The notes under the pieces: generated by a model | The model's database searches: none | What the model was told of the DNA's origin: nothing | What the model saw: only the letters and a program-made list of their open reading frames with translations | Program-made: the position numbers and the translations under genes | Assembly (NCBI GenBank): GCA_902798815.1 | Contig: CADBYH010000002.1 | Span: 23,998 to 87,997 of the forward strand | DNA: 64,000 bases | Direction: 5' to 3' | Source of the DNA: an uncultured Erysipelotrichaceae bacterium | GTDB lineage: Bacteria; Bacillota_I; Bacilli_A; RF39; UBA660 | Shown here: positions 1-10,217 of the stretch, one piece after another | Position numbering within the stretch: the first letter of the stretch is position 1 | Layout: each line of letters begins with the position of its first letter

Positions 1-116
1 CTAGCCAACATAGATGCCAAAGTAGAAACTATAAACACATCAATTAAGAAAGCAACAAATCTCTGTAAAAATAATGCTTTTTCAGACTTCGGATCATCAT
101 TTTTCTTTTTACTCAT
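1..116 (-). CDS. RDD-family membrane protein, N-terminal fragment (runs off left edge)
   Basis: Hand translation gives [38 protein letters not shown]. The RF.A.LID.. pattern is typical of RDD proteins. The ATG overlaps the dusB stop (ATGAGTAA). Confidence 0.4.
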   Translation of the reverse strand, partial: MSKKKNDDPKSEKALFLQRFVAFLIDVFIVSTLASMLA

Positions 117-1086
117 AAAATTCCTCCCCAAACTCATTTAATAATGAAATTATATCATGAATATTTGTTGTTTGATAGACCTTATTTTTAAGTTCTTTTG
201 CTCCTTTTATTCCTTTAAAATACCATAGAATATGATTTCTAATTTCTAAACATGCAACTTTTTCATCTTTTATATTTTTTAATAATTTCAAATGCTTTAA
301 ACACATATCAACTCTATCCTTAACAGAGACATCAATTAATTCTTTTCCTTCTAAATAATTAATAATATTTTTTATTAACCATGGATTACCTAGTGATCCT
401 CGTCCTATCATAATAGCATCACAATGTGTTTCCTCTAACATTCTTTTAGCATCCTCTACACTTTTTATATCTCCATTTCCAATTACAGGAATTGAAACAG
501 CATCTTTTACATCTCTAATAATATTCCAATCTGCCTTACCAGAATACCCTTGACTTCTAGTTCTAGGATGGACACATATTGCACTTGCCCCAGCTTTTTC
601 TATAACCTTAGCAACTTCAACAGCATTAATAGAATTAAAATCCCAACCACTTCTAATTTTAACAGTTACCGGAATTGAAACAGCTTTAACAACATTTGAA
701 ACAATATCATATATTTTTTCTGGATTTTTCAATAAAGCAGAACCAGCTTGGGCACGTAAAGCAACTTTTGGTACAGGACACCCCATATTGATATCTATAA
801 TATCCGGTTTCATCTCTTTTTCAATATAAGTTGCAGCTTCAACAAAAGAATCTACATCACAACCAAAAATTTGTTGAACAATAGGTCTTTCATAATCAGT
901 CATATATAACATATCCAACGTCTTTTTATTGCTAAATGAAATTGCTTTATCACTAACCATTTCAGCATATATCAACCCACATCCCATATCTTTACAAATT
1001 GTTCTAAATGCAGAATTTGAGATACCTGCCATTGGTGCCAAAACAACCTGATTTTGAATTGTTACATTTCCAATTCTCCACTCCAT
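109..1086 (-). CDS. dusB: tRNA-dihydrouridine synthase
   Basis: Motifs [10 protein letters not shown] and DINMGCPV, typical Dus TIM-barrel length, GGAGGG RBS upstream. Confidence 0.93.
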   Translation of the reverse strand: MEWRIGNVTIQNQVVLAPMAGISNSAFRTICKDMGCGLIYAEMVSDKAISFSNKKTLDMLYMTDYERPIVQQIFGCDVDSFVEAATYIEKEMKPDIIDINMGCPVPKVALRAQAGSALLKNPEKIYDIVSNVVKAVSIPVTVKIRSGWDFNSINAVEVAKVIEKAGASAICVHPRTRSQGYSGKADWNIIRDVKDAVSIPVIGNGDIKSVEDAKRMLEETHCDAIMIGRGSLGNPWLIKNIINYLEGKELIDVSVKDRVDMCLKHLKLLKNIKDEKVACLEIRNHILWYFKGIKGAKELKNKVYQTTNIHDIISLLNEFGEEFYE

Positions 1087-1140
1087 TTATACCCTCCAAA
1101 ACAAGCATATTATAACCTATTAATTAAAAATTATCAACAA

Positions 1141-1171
1141 AAAAAGAATGCTTTATTTTGCATTCTTTTTT
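1141..1171 (-). terminator. Rho-independent terminator after mscL
   Basis: The minus strand reads AAGAATGC-AAAATAAA-GCATTCTT followed by a T run. The mscL stop codon lies inside the hairpin. Confidence 0.6.
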
Positions 1172-1593
1172 AATAAATCTCTTATCTCTTCTAATAAAAC
1201 TATATCCTCTGCCTTTTTTTCTTCTTCTTTTTCTTCAGCCTCTTTCTTTCCAATAGCTGAAATTTTATTAAATGATTTTAATAGAATAAAAAGTACAAAT
1301 GCCATTATCAAAAAATTAATAACAGATGTAATAAAGTCCCCATATCTTATAACCTGACCACCATATATTTTAAAAGTACCAGCAACTTCTGCTCCTCCAA
1401 TACCATTAATTAGTGGATTAATAAAATCTGTAGTTAATGCTGTAACTATGTTAGAAAATGCTCCACCTATAATAATACCAATAGCCATATCCATTACATT
1501 TCCACGCATTATAAATTCTTTGAATTCACCAAAAAATCCAGTTCCCTTTTCCTTTAATTCTTTTAAATTTTCCTTACTAATCTTTTTTGCCAT
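1153..1593 (-). CDS. mscL: Large-conductance mechanosensitive channel
   Basis: FKEFIMRGNVMDMAIGIIIGGAF is the canonical MscL N-terminus. Confidence 0.95.
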   Translation of the reverse strand: MAKKISKENLKELKEKGTGFFGEFKEFIMRGNVMDMAIGIIIGGAFSNIVTALTTDFINPLINGIGGAEVAGTFKIYGGQVIRYGDFITSVINFLIMAFVLFILLKSFNKISAIGKKEAEEKEEEKKAEDIVLLEEIRDLLKKNAK

Positions 1594-1657
1594 AATATCA
1601 CTCCTTTTTTCCTTATAATATATTATTTATTATTTTTTTTCAAGAAAAAAAGTTAGA

Positions 1658-3628
1658 TTAATTATCTAACTCTTTTAATAGTTCGGCTTTACTCATTTTA
1701 GAATAATTTTTTACTCCCTTTTCTTTTGCCATCTCTTTTAATCTTGTTATTGATAATGACTCAAGATTACTATCGTCTTCATCAGGCATCTTTTTATGCT
1801 CAACAAGATAATCAATTTGTTCCTTTGTTAATGTTTCATATTCTAATAAAGTTTCAGCAATTAAATTCAATAAATCTTTATTCTTATTAATAATATCTTT
1901 TGCCTTCTTGTGACATTCATTAATAATTTTTCTCATTTCCATATCAATTTCATTTGCTACTTCATTTGAAAAATGCTGAGGTTTATTATAATCTCTTCCT
2001 AAGAAAACACTTCCTGATTGTTGTTCAAATTGTAATGGTCCTAAATCACTCATACCATATTCAGTAACCATTGCTCTTGCAATCTTTGTAGCTTTTTCAA
2101 AATCATTATGTGCTCCTGTTGTTATTTCTCCAAAAACAATCTCTTCAGCACTTCTTCCACCTAATAAACCTGTTATCTCTTCTATTAAATCTGTCTTTGT
2201 TGAACACATTTTTTCCTCATTTGGAACCATCATATTATATCCACCAGCAGAACCTCTAGGAATAATTGTAACTTTTTGTACATCACTTGCACTTTTTAAT
2301 TTTAACCCTATAACCGCATGTCCTGCTTCATGGAAAGCAACTAATCTTCTATCATTTTCTGTATATTTGTGACTAACTTTAGCAGGTCCCATAAGAACTC
2401 TATCAGTGGCTTCATCTACTTCACTCATTGTAATTTCACTTTTATCCCTTCTTACAGCAAGTAATGCAGCTTCATTAAGTAAGTTCTCAAGATCAGCTCC
2501 ACTGAAACCTGGTGTTCTTTTTGCTAAATTAGGTAAAGTAACATCATCTGCAAGAATTTTATTTTTTGCATGTACTGCAAGTATCTCTTCACGACCTTTT
2601 ATATCAGGTAAATTAACAGTAACTTGTCTATCAAATCTTCCGGGTCTCAATAATGCTGGATCCAAAACATCAGGTCTATTAGTTGCAGCAATTATAATGA
2701 TTCCTTCATTTGCTCCAAAACCATCCATCTCAGTAAGTAATTGATTAAGAGTTTGTTCTCTTTCATCATGGCCTCCACCAATTCCAGATCCTCTTTGACG
2801 ACCAACTGCATCAATCTCATCAATAAATATTAAACATGGTGCATTTCTTTTTGCTTCTTTAAACATGTCTCTTACACGACTTGCACCTACTCCAACAAAT
2901 AATTCTACAAAATCAGAACCACTTATAAAATAAAACGGAACATCTGCTTCTCCAGCAACTGCCTTTGCAAGCAAAGTTTTACCTGTTCCCGGAGGACCAA
3001 AAAGTAATACTCCTTTAGGAATTCTAGCACCTAATTTTTGGAATTTTTTTGGATTCTTTAAGAAATCAATCAATTCCTTTACTTCTTCTTTTTCTTCTTT
3101 TAAACCTGCAACATCTTTAAATGTAACTTTATTACTATCATTATCAAGCCTAGCTCTACTTTTTCCAAAGTCAAGTGAACTTTTATTTCCTGCCATTTGT
3201 CTATTAAAAAACCAAAAAGCAAATACAATCAAAATAGTAATTGGCAAGAAATTAATAAGAACAGCTAACCATTCTGATGATTCAGGATCAGGTTTAACAG
3301 TTAACTCAAAATCTTGAGCATCACTAGCATCTACTATTCTTTTCATTACCTCATCACTTAAGGGAAGGATAACTTTAAAACTCTCTTCTTCTTTATAATT
3401 ACTTAATTTTCCTTCAGCAATATATACATATCCACTACCTCTAGTAGTTATTTCAATTTCAGATATTTTTTCATCATCTAATTTTTTCATGAATTCATCA
3501 TATGTAAAATCATGAACATCACCATTGGTCATATTATAATAGTAACCAATTCCTAATATTACTATTAATATTATTAACCATGGTAATAAACCTTTTTTTA
3601 TTGTCTTTTTATCTACAGAATTATTCAT
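1658..3628 (-). CDS. ftsH: ATP-dependent zinc metalloprotease FtsH with extra C-terminal Rho_N/SAP-like tail
   Basis: Walker [12 protein letters not shown] region, HEAGH zinc site, two N-terminal TM segments. Confidence 0.97.
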   Translation of the reverse strand: MNNSVDKKTIKKGLLPWLIILIVILGIGYYYNMTNGDVHDFTYDEFMKKLDDEKISEIEITTRGSGYVYIAEGKLSNYKEEESFKVILPLSDEVMKRIVDASDAQDFELTVKPDPESSEWLAVLINFLPITILIVFAFWFFNRQMAGNKSSLDFGKSRARLDNDSNKVTFKDVAGLKEEKEEVKELIDFLKNPKKFQKLGARIPKGVLLFGPPGTGKTLLAKAVAGEADVPFYFISGSDFVELFVGVGASRVRDMFKEAKRNAPCLIFIDEIDAVGRQRGSGIGGGHDEREQTLNQLLTEMDGFGANEGIIIIAATNRPDVLDPALLRPGRFDRQVTVNLPDIKGREEILAVHAKNKILADDVTLPNLAKRTPGFSGADLENLLNEAALLAVRRDKSEITMSEVDEATDRVLMGPAKVSHKYTENDRRLVAFHEAGHAVIGLKLKSASDVQKVTIIPRGSAGGYNMMVPNEEKMCSTKTDLIEEITGLLGGRSAEEIVFGEITTGAHNDFEKATKIARAMVTEYGMSDLGPLQFEQQSGSVFLGRDYNKPQHFSNEVANEIDMEMRKIINECHKKAKDIINKNKDLLNLIAETLLEYETLTKEQIDYLVEHKKMPDEDDSNLESLSITRLKEMAKEKGVKNYSKMSKAELLKELDN

Positions 3629-3638
3629 TTTTTCCTCC

Positions 3639-4952
3639 TTACTTATATTTCAATATTATATCATAATCTTCCGTGATTTTTTTATCAAATTTTGATTTTT
3701 TTATACCAGGAATCCAAACCACTCTATCTTCAGAATCTAACACAATAGGCCATGTTTCTCTATCTTCAACTGATATCTTACTATTAATAAAAATATCCTT
3801 TACCTTCTTTGTACCACCTAATCCTTTAACATTTATCTTATCACCAATTCTTCTACTTCTTATTATTAAAGGTAATTTAATCTCTTTACTATTCAATTTA
3901 CAAGTATTATTACTATTATCAGTAGGACGATTAACTCTTTCTATATAATGATTATTTGGAAGTAAAGCATAAGTATCAAATTCAATTTCATAACCAGAAA
4001 TAACATCAGTATCTCTCATAATAGTAAGTGTATTATATACCTTTCTAGCAATAACACTATTTGGTAAATTAACATAACAATTTGCTTTTTTACTCTTTAT
4101 CAAACTCAAAATAATATCAATATGTCTATCATTAATCAATATCAAATCATCTTGATAGTAATCACTCAAATATGAATACAATAATTCTTTTTGAATAAAC
4201 AAGTCTTCATCCAAAAATTTTTCAATATCTATATTATTATTAACAAAACACTTCTCTTTTGCTTTTTTTACAATACTATCAATAAATTTTGACGTATCAT
4301 TTATTAAATTACTATACTTCAAAAACTTTAAATGTACATTCTTATCTTCACTTTTCAAAAAAGGCAAAATATATTTTCTATATCTATTTCTTGTATATTT
4401 GTCCTTTTTATTTGAACTATCAATATAATATTTAACACTATTTTCCAAATCATAATCTTCTAATTCTTGCTTAGTATATCCAATTAAAGGTCTAACTATT
4501 TTATAGTCACCTTTATCAACAATTTTCCTAAAACCACCATAACCATTTAAATTAGAACCTCTAACAATTCTCATAAGAATTGTTTCTATCAAATCATCAC
4601 CATGATGAGCAGTCATTAAATAATCAGCATTATATTTTTTTATAATATTTTCAAAAAAATTATATCTTATATTTCTAGCTTCATTATGAAAATTATCATC
4701 CCCATATTTTTCAATTATCATTGACTCAAATATTAGATTATTATCATAGCAATATTTTTTTATAAAATCTGCCTCTTCATAACTTTCTTTTCTAACATTA
4801 TGATTAACATGTGCAATAATTATATATAAATTGTATTTCTCCCTAATTTTTAATAGCATATCAACTAATGCCATAGAATCAGGTCCTGTTGAACATCCAA
4901 CAACAATTTTATCATTCATTTTAAATTCAAAATCATTATCAATATTAATCAT
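3639..4952 (-). CDS. tilS: tRNA(Ile)-lysidine synthase
   Basis: PP-loop CSTGPDS, 437 aa, immediately upstream of ftsH as in other Firmicutes. Confidence 0.92.
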   Translation of the reverse strand: MINIDNDFEFKMNDKIVVGCSTGPDSMALVDMLLKIREKYNLYIIIAHVNHNVRKESYEEADFIKKYCYDNNLIFESMIIEKYGDDNFHNEARNIRYNFFENIIKKYNADYLMTAHHGDDLIETILMRIVRGSNLNGYGGFRKIVDKGDYKIVRPLIGYTKQELEDYDLENSVKYYIDSSNKKDKYTRNRYRKYILPFLKSEDKNVHLKFLKYSNLINDTSKFIDSIVKKAKEKCFVNNNIDIEKFLDEDLFIQKELLYSYLSDYYQDDLILINDRHIDIILSLIKSKKANCYVNLPNSVIARKVYNTLTIMRDTDVISGYEIEFDTYALLPNNHYIERVNRPTDNSNNTCKLNSKEIKLPLIIRSRRIGDKINVKGLGGTKKVKDIFINSKISVEDRETWPIVLDSEDRVVWIPGIKKSKFDKKITEDYDIILKYK

Positions 4953-5022
4953 TATGAATCAACCTCCAAGAAACCAATAATTATTATATCATAATTAAAT
5001 GAAAAAAAAGAAAAATATATTT

Positions 5023-5319
5023 TTATTCCTCAGGAATTTGTAAAATATATTCCCCATCCTTAGAATAAAGATATTTTTCTCTAGCATATCTTGCAATATA
5101 ATCTGGATTTTGTAATCTATCAGCATCTACTTTTAATTCTTCTTCTTTCTCCTTTAAACTTGTTAACTCTTTATCAAGATTCTTTTTTTCATTATACTTA
5201 TCAATTATTTCAATCCAATACTTACCTATGGTAAAAGTCATAACAACAATAATAATAACAGAACCAAAACCGCAAACAACAATTCTACGCATTCTTTTAG
5301 TACGTTTTTTCTTAGTCAT
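5023..5319 (-). CDS. divIC: Septum formation initiator (DivIC/FtsB family)
   Basis: Basic N-terminus, one TM segment, coiled coil, PDYIARYAREK tail. Follows yabP-yabQ as in B. subtilis. I prefer the ATG at 5319 (GGTGA RBS) over the GTG at 5328. Confidence 0.8.
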   Translation of the reverse strand: MTKKKRTKRMRRIVVCGFGSVIIIVVMTFTIGKYWIEIIDKYNEKKNLDKELTSLKEKEEELKVDADRLQNPDYIARYAREKYLYSKDGEYILQIPEE

Positions 5320-5407
5320 CACTTTCACCTACCTTTTCATACTATATTATATCTCTATAATAAATACATATTCAATAAACAAATAAACATTTTACATTAT
5401 ATTTACG

Positions 5408-5671
5408 TTATTTATTAGTATAATTATATGCAATTAAAAAACCACATATTATTAATAATAAAAAGTATAAATGCATAATACCATTATTTAAATACATTAA
5501 AGTAGAAAAATATAACAATGAAATCAAAAAAACAAATATAAAGCACAAAATATTTTTAACTTTCTTATTCTTGTTTATTAAAAACTTATAATTCAAATTA
5601 AACATTATATATAAAAATATTCCAAATAAAAAAGAAAAAAACAAACATAACAACTGAATTTTTAAATTCAA
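5408..5671 (-). CDS. yabQ: Spore cortex biosynthesis membrane protein YabQ
   Basis: Small polytopic membrane protein. Its start overlaps the yabP stop (ATGA), and it holds the syntenic position of yabQ. Confidence 0.6.
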   Translation of the reverse strand: MNLKIQLLCLFFSFLFGIFLYIMFNLNYKFLINKNKKVKNILCFIFVFLISLLYFSTLMYLNNGIMHLYFLLLIICGFLIAYNYTNK

Positions 5672-5961
5672 TACTTAAACAACCTACTTATAAAACCTTC
5701 ATCATTTGATTTCTTGTTATCAACAACATATTCAATAGAATTAATATTTCCTTTGATAGTCACATTACCAGATAAAGTATCAAGTTTTATTAGTTCTAAC
5801 TCTTCTCCTTTAATTACCATAATCCCCATTGTTGTATCAAGTATAAAATGTAATTTATCAAATGTATCTATTTTCTTTACACCCGTAATTACTAAAGTTT
5901 TTTTCTCTAGCAAACTAACACTATGATTATAACTATTTATTGTTGAATTATCTTTGTCCAT
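5668..5961 (-). CDS. yabP: Sporulation protein YabP
   Basis: ITGVKKIDTFDKLHFILDTTMGIMVIKGEELELIKLD resembles YabP/YqfC family repeats. Confidence 0.85.
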   Translation of the reverse strand: MDKDNSTINSYNHSVSLLEKKTLVITGVKKIDTFDKLHFILDTTMGIMVIKGEELELIKLDTLSGNVTIKGNINSIEYVVDNKKSNDEGFISRLFKY

Positions 5962-6005
5962 TTTTATCCTCCTACATAATCATATGTAAAAAAATAATTA
6001 TTAGA

Positions 6006-6030
6006 ACAAAAAAAGTGCCATACGGCACTT
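6006..6030 (-). terminator. Rho-independent terminator after spoVG
   Basis: The minus strand reads AAGTGCC-GTAT-GGCACTT followed by TTTTTTTG. Confidence 0.8.
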
Positions 6031-6032
6031 AA

Positions 6033-6311
6033 TTATTCTTCCTCTTCTTCTGCATCTTCTGCTTTGTCATAAGCTTCTAAAATAGCTTCTTCAAACATTG
6101 CACGAACTTCAGGGTTGATTGGATGAGCTATATCACGATATCCACCTGTAGCAGTTTTACGACTAGGCATTGCTATAAATAAACCATTATCTCCTTCAAT
6201 AATTCTAATATCATGTACAGCAAAACTATCATCTAATAATACAGAAGCAATTCCTTTCATACGAGATCCTTCTTTATTAATTTTACGTACATTTACTGAT
6301 GTAATTTTCAT
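6033..6311 (-). CDS. spoVG: Septation protein SpoVG
   Basis: [12 protein letters not shown]...[21 protein letters not shown] matches SpoVG. The ATG at 6311 has a GAGGGAGG RBS. The track ORF start at 6401 is an upstream extension. Confidence 0.95.
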   Translation of the reverse strand: MKITSVNVRKINKEGSRMKGIASVLLDDSFAVHDIRIIEGDNGLFIAMPSRKTATGGYRDIAHPINPEVRAMFEEAILEAYDKAEDAEEEEE

Positions 6312-6397
6312 ATGAATTTCCTCCCTCTTAAAGCGATTACACTTTATAAGTAAATTGTATAATAATATTTTAGAAAATGCAATATTTTTTAATAATA

Positions 6398-6607
6398 TCA
6401 ACTTATTTTTAAATTACCAATAGCATAATCACTATAAGAAAATGACTTAATAGATCCATCCTCACATAAAACAATAAAAATCCTAGGATATACATTAACT
6501 ACTTTACCTCTAAATAATACATCTTGTCCTCTACTTCCTTTATAAATAAATACAACAGATTTATTTAATATCTTTAAAACTTCTAATCTTACTTTATTTA
6601 AATTCAT
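6398..6607 (-). CDS. veg: Veg (DUF1021) biofilm/sporulation-associated small protein
   Basis: 69 aa. YPRIFIV....[14 protein letters not shown] resembles B. subtilis Veg, and the gene lies between yabG and spoVG. Confidence 0.8.
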   Translation of the reverse strand: MNLNKVRLEVLKILNKSVVFIYKGSRGQDVLFRGKVVNVYPRIFIVLCEDGSIKSFSYSDYAIGNLKIS

Positions 6608-7389
6608 CTTGGATACCCCACATACATGGTACCATTTGTAATTATTCCCCCTATACCATCACAACCATACTTAGTTTTTTCTATTAGTTTTAACAAATCA
6701 ATACTTTGATTTTTATCTGAAAAAGCTAGTGATGAAGCAATGATGGCTGGATCAAGCGCATGAATATTGACTCTTTTTGGACTAGAAGCAAAATTTGCTC
6801 CAGCTCGTATTAAACCTTCATAATTTGATTGACAAGCTCCAGCAACAATAATTAATTTATCCTGATTATGTTCATATTTCCTAACTTCTTTAATGGCAGA
6901 AATAAAATTATTTGAATTTTCATAATTATTTATATCATTTTTATTATTATTCTTTGAATAATACGCATCATGTCCAGTTATAACAACTATATCTGGTCTA
7001 TATTCTTTTAATAATTCAACAACTTTTATTTTAATTTGTTCTTCTTTTATAGCAATTCCATTTGCTTTTATCCCTAAACTTCTATAAAAATTCATGCATC
7101 TATCCAAATAATCTTTATCACCATCAATATGAAGAACCTTACCAGGCAAGTAAAAATAATTATCCCTATTAATATCTAATTCATTAATACTTCTTTCTAT
7201 AATTATATTATCATCAAACTCCTCTTTAGAACTTTTTAAATCCTCAATATATGCATCTGCATATAGTCTTAAATTAACTCCTTTAAGATATACAATATTA
7301 TTTGATATATCAATAATTTTAAACAAAATATCATTATTATAAGACTTTCGTGTAACAACATCACCTATTTTAAAAACCGTAATAATCAT
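6604..7389 (-). CDS. yabG: Sporulation-specific protease YabG
   Basis: FKIGDVVTRKSYNNDILFKI N-terminus, ITGHDA and GACQS motifs. Position next to rsmA matches B. subtilis. The start is uncertain (ATG 7389 versus TTG 7410). Confidence 0.85.
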   Translation of the reverse strand: MIITVFKIGDVVTRKSYNNDILFKIIDISNNIVYLKGVNLRLYADAYIEDLKSSKEEFDDNIIIERSINELDINRDNYFYLPGKVLHIDGDKDYLDRCMNFYRSLGIKANGIAIKEEQIKIKVVELLKEYRPDIVVITGHDAYYSKNNNKNDINNYENSNNFISAIKEVRKYEHNQDKLIIVAGACQSNYEGLIRAGANFASSPKRVNIHALDPAIIASSLAFSDKNQSIDLLKLIEKTKYGCDGIGGIITNGTMYVGYPR

Positions 7390-7431
7390 CTCCACAAAAA
7401 TAATATGCAAAAAAAAAAGAAAATAGACTAA

Positions 7432-8238
7432 CTATTTCCATAAAAGATTACTTAATTCAACAAAAACACATACATCTAATGATTCAGCTCTTATATTTAA
7501 ATCATAGCCATACTTATTTAATACCTTCTCAACAATATTTAAATCGTACTTTTTTAAATTATTTTTAATGTTTTTCCTTTTAAATTGAAAACTATCTCTT
7601 ACTATTGTTTCAAAAAAATCTTGGTTCTTAACCTTTAATTTATTCTCCTTTTCTTTAAAAGAAACAACAACACTATCAACTTTAGGTTCAGGAATAAATT
7701 CTTTTTTTGAAACAAAAAACTCTTTTTTAATATCATAATAATAATTCAATAAAACAGATATAGAACCATATTCTCTACTTCCAGGTAAACTACAAAATCT
7801 ATCTCCAACTTCTTTTTGAACCATCATAACTATATTATCAAAATGAATACCACTATCAATCAATTTAAGAATTATTGGAGTAGTAATATAATAAGGTACA
7901 TTACTAACAAAATATAAATTATCATATTTATAATTCTTAATATCTGAAGAAATATCTGCACTTAAAAAATCTTGAAATATAATATCAACATTTGTAAAAC
8001 CATCTAACTTTTTATATAATTCTTCTTCCAAATCATTATCAATTTCATATGCCAATACATTCTTACTAATTAAAGCCAATTCTCTTGTTAATATAGCTCC
8101 TCCAGGACCAACTTCAATAACCAAAGAATTTGCTGAAATATTAGTACAATCAACAATTCTTTTAACAACTCTTTTATCCTTCAAAAAATTCTGACCTAAT
8201 TTCTTTTTAAATTTAACATTATATTTCTCCATTTTCAT
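7432..8238 (-). CDS. rsmA: 16S rRNA (adenine1518/1519-N6)-dimethyltransferase
   Basis: KKLGQNFL and EVGPGGAILT motifs. The start is placed at MKMEKY, and the track extension to 8334 is rejected. Confidence 0.93.
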   Translation of the reverse strand: MKMEKYNVKFKKKLGQNFLKDKRVVKRIVDCTNISANSLVIEVGPGGAILTRELALISKNVLAYEIDNDLEEELYKKLDGFTNVDIIFQDFLSADISSDIKNYKYDNLYFVSNVPYYITTPIILKLIDSGIHFDNIVMMVQKEVGDRFCSLPGSREYGSISVLLNYYYDIKKEFFVSKKEFIPEPKVDSVVVSFKEKENKLKVKNQDFFETIVRDSFQFKRKNIKNNLKKYDLNIVEKVLNKYGYDLNIRAESLDVCVFVELSNLLWK

Positions 8239-8290
8239 CACCAAACGATTATTATTATAATCTAAACACAAAAAAAAAGAAAGAGAATTA

Positions 8291-8923
8291 TTAATTATAA
8301 TCCCAATCCTTATTCTTTTTAAATAATATACCAACCCTCATAAAATCATATACTATAACTATTAAAACAGGTAAAATGATAAAACATATCAAATTTATCG
8401 GTTTAACTAAAAAACTTTGAACATACCCTAACTTAGGTATAACAAATAAAACCTTTCCATAAATATCATCTGTGTAAACCCCTTGTTTATCAGGAATATT
8501 ATTATTATCTCCTTTTGTAGTATATAAAGATCTTATTGATGATCTATTGTTTTTTTCAATTATTCTATGAGTAATAACCATTCCATTTGCACTATATTCA
8601 GTAGAGAAAAAACTTATAATATCACCTATTGAATATTGATCATCTTTTTCTCTTTTAACAACAATAGCATCATTTATATTAATTGTTGGAACCATGCTTG
8701 GAGAGACAATTACATAACCATTGAATAAAGGACTATTTTTATTTCCGGATTTTACGTTAATGAATAAATCACCAAAGTAAACAAGCAAAAAAACCCCAAA
8801 CAAACATAATAAACTAATAATAGCAATTATAAATGCTCGAGCTATAAAATAAGATAAATATTTGAATTTTGAAAACAAACTATCTTGTTCTATAATCATA
8901 TTCTTTACCATCCTTACCTTCAT
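8291..8923 (-). CDS. sipW: Signal peptidase I, SipW (archaeal/ER) type
   Basis: Motifs SPSMVPT (catalytic Ser), ITHRI (His) and TKGDNNNIPD, with N- and C-terminal TM segments. The exact start is uncertain. Confidence 0.85.
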   Translation of the reverse strand: MKVRMVKNMIIEQDSLFSKFKYLSYFIARAFIIAIISLLCLFGVFLLVYFGDLFINVKSGNKNSPLFNGYVIVSPSMVPTININDAIVVKREKDDQYSIGDIISFFSTEYSANGMVITHRIIEKNNRSSIRSLYTTKGDNNNIPDKQGVYTDDIYGKVLFVIPKLGYVQSFLVKPINLICFIILPVLIVIVYDFMRVGILFKKNKDWDYN

Positions 8924-8990
8924 TATAATCTGTTATAGATTAAAAAACTATATTTACAAAATAAAAAAGAGTAAACTTTACACTTCTTTT

Positions 8991-9587
8991 TTATTTAGCA
9001 ACAGCTTTTATATTTACTTCTACTGAATAGTTTCCAATAACCATCATGCTAGTATTAGATAACCACATTCTAAGTCTATAATTTTTCTTACCAGTGCTAG
9101 AAACGTTATCTTTTACAATAATCATATTTCCTTTTTTAGTTCCTAATTTAGAATCTTGCTTTAAAGGAATAAATTTAGTTGGTTTCAAAACACTATTATA
9201 TGATCCACTAGATTCTTTTTCCAAATATATTCTGATATCATCATCTGAAATAGTACTTAATTTAGAATCCTTTTTTAAATATATTTCATATTCAAATTTA
9301 GATGCATCTTTAATATTATAGGATACAGAAAAATCATAATATTTACCTTCTTCAAATAATTTGATACCAGCATCATCAGTTATAGGATTAATATCTGTTA
9401 ATGTGAATACATTCTTTGAAGAAGAATAATTAAGTTGAATATCTCCACCATTCTTTGTTTTTTCAACAACATCTGGTTTTATTCTTGAATTCATTATAAA
9501 TGCAAATATAACAAAACCAACAAGTAATATAAAAATGAATATTACTAATAACCAAAAATATTTAGACAAACCCTTTTTTTCTTCCAT
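8991..9587 (-). CDS. Hypothetical N-terminally anchored protein (paralog A, YRLRMW motif)
   Basis: AGGAGG RBS, one N-terminal TM segment, and a C-terminal part that looks beta-rich. Paralogous to the upstream ORF. Confidence 0.75.
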   Translation of the reverse strand: MEEKKGLSKYFWLLVIFIFILLVGFVIFAFIMNSRIKPDVVEKTKNGGDIQLNYSSSKNVFTLTDINPITDDAGIKLFEEGKYYDFSVSYNIKDASKFEYEIYLKKDSKLSTISDDDIRIYLEKESSGSYNSVLKPTKFIPLKQDSKLGTKKGNMIIVKDNVSSTGKKNYRLRMWLSNTSMMVIGNYSVEVNIKAVAK

Positions 9588-9596
9588 AATTTCCTC

Positions 9597-10163
9597 CTAT
9601 ACTTCTCTTACACCAATTTTAAATGAAAAGGAACTATCACCTGTAGATATATCATAAGTATCATCAATCCAAACTCTAAGTCTATACTTTGTACTAGTAC
9701 GATGTTTTAAACTTCCTTCATATATTAATTTACTTGCTGAATCATCATTTAAATATTTTAATTCATCATAATTAGGAAGTTTATTACCATTATATTGATC
9801 AAGAGGACTATCTTTTAAATCTGTTAAATAAAACTTTATATATGCACCTGGAATTTGCTCTGATTTATCATCTTTTCTCGTTATAAATATTTGGTAATTC
9901 TTTTTATGTTCTGACTTATTTTTTACTTCAAATTCAACGAAAACATTACTATCTAATGAGTCATCAACAATAGTCCTTCCATATTTATCAGTAACAGCTA
10001 AACTACCAATTATATCAAAAGTATCTTTCTTTATGTTAAGTACAACACCTTTACTATTTTTATCCTTTTTATGTGGATTATATACTCCAAGCATTATAAA
10101 AGACAATATAAATAAACCAATTATTATTAAAAAAAGAATAAGAATATCTTTCCATTTTTTCAT
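9597..10163 (-). CDS. Hypothetical N-terminally anchored protein (paralog B, YRLRVW motif)
   Basis: Same architecture as 8991..9587. Its stop lies 9 nt from the next ATG, so an operon is likely. Confidence 0.75.
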   Translation of the reverse strand: MKKWKDILILFLIIIGLFILSFIMLGVYNPHKKDKNSKGVVLNIKKDTFDIIGSLAVTDKYGRTIVDDSLDSNVFVEFEVKNKSEHKKNYQIFITRKDDKSEQIPGAYIKFYLTDLKDSPLDQYNGNKLPNYDELKYLNDDSASKLIYEGSLKHRTSTKYRLRVWIDDTYDISTGDSSFSFKIGVREV

Positions 10164-10217
10164 TATAATATCACTTGCCTAACATCACACTATTCTACAA
10201 TAAAGATACCATAAAAA

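Noticed and set aside
1148-1357. Other short opposite-strand ORFs in the track (for example 1148..1357, 2406..2744, 3673..3948, 11273..11575, 22661..22918, 24655..25401, 28058..28357, 39492..39849, 40116..40427, 41861..42127, 43721..44056, 44262..44645, 47077..47894, 48149..48370, 48698..49031, 53245..53505, 58433..58672, 59241..60211, 63767..63976)
   Set aside because: All are embedded antisense or out of frame in confidently identified genes. Their composition is hydrophobic or low-complexity and they lack RBS context.
6312-6401. Upstream extensions of several track ORFs (spoVG to 6401, rsmA to 8334, methyltransferase to 19095, comK to 30297, pta to 55552, lemA to 56060, dnaX to 23439, tatD to 10988)
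   Set aside because: In each case an internal ATG with a proper Shine-Dalgarno sequence aligns with the conserved N-terminus of the family. The extensions overlap neighbouring genes or promoters.
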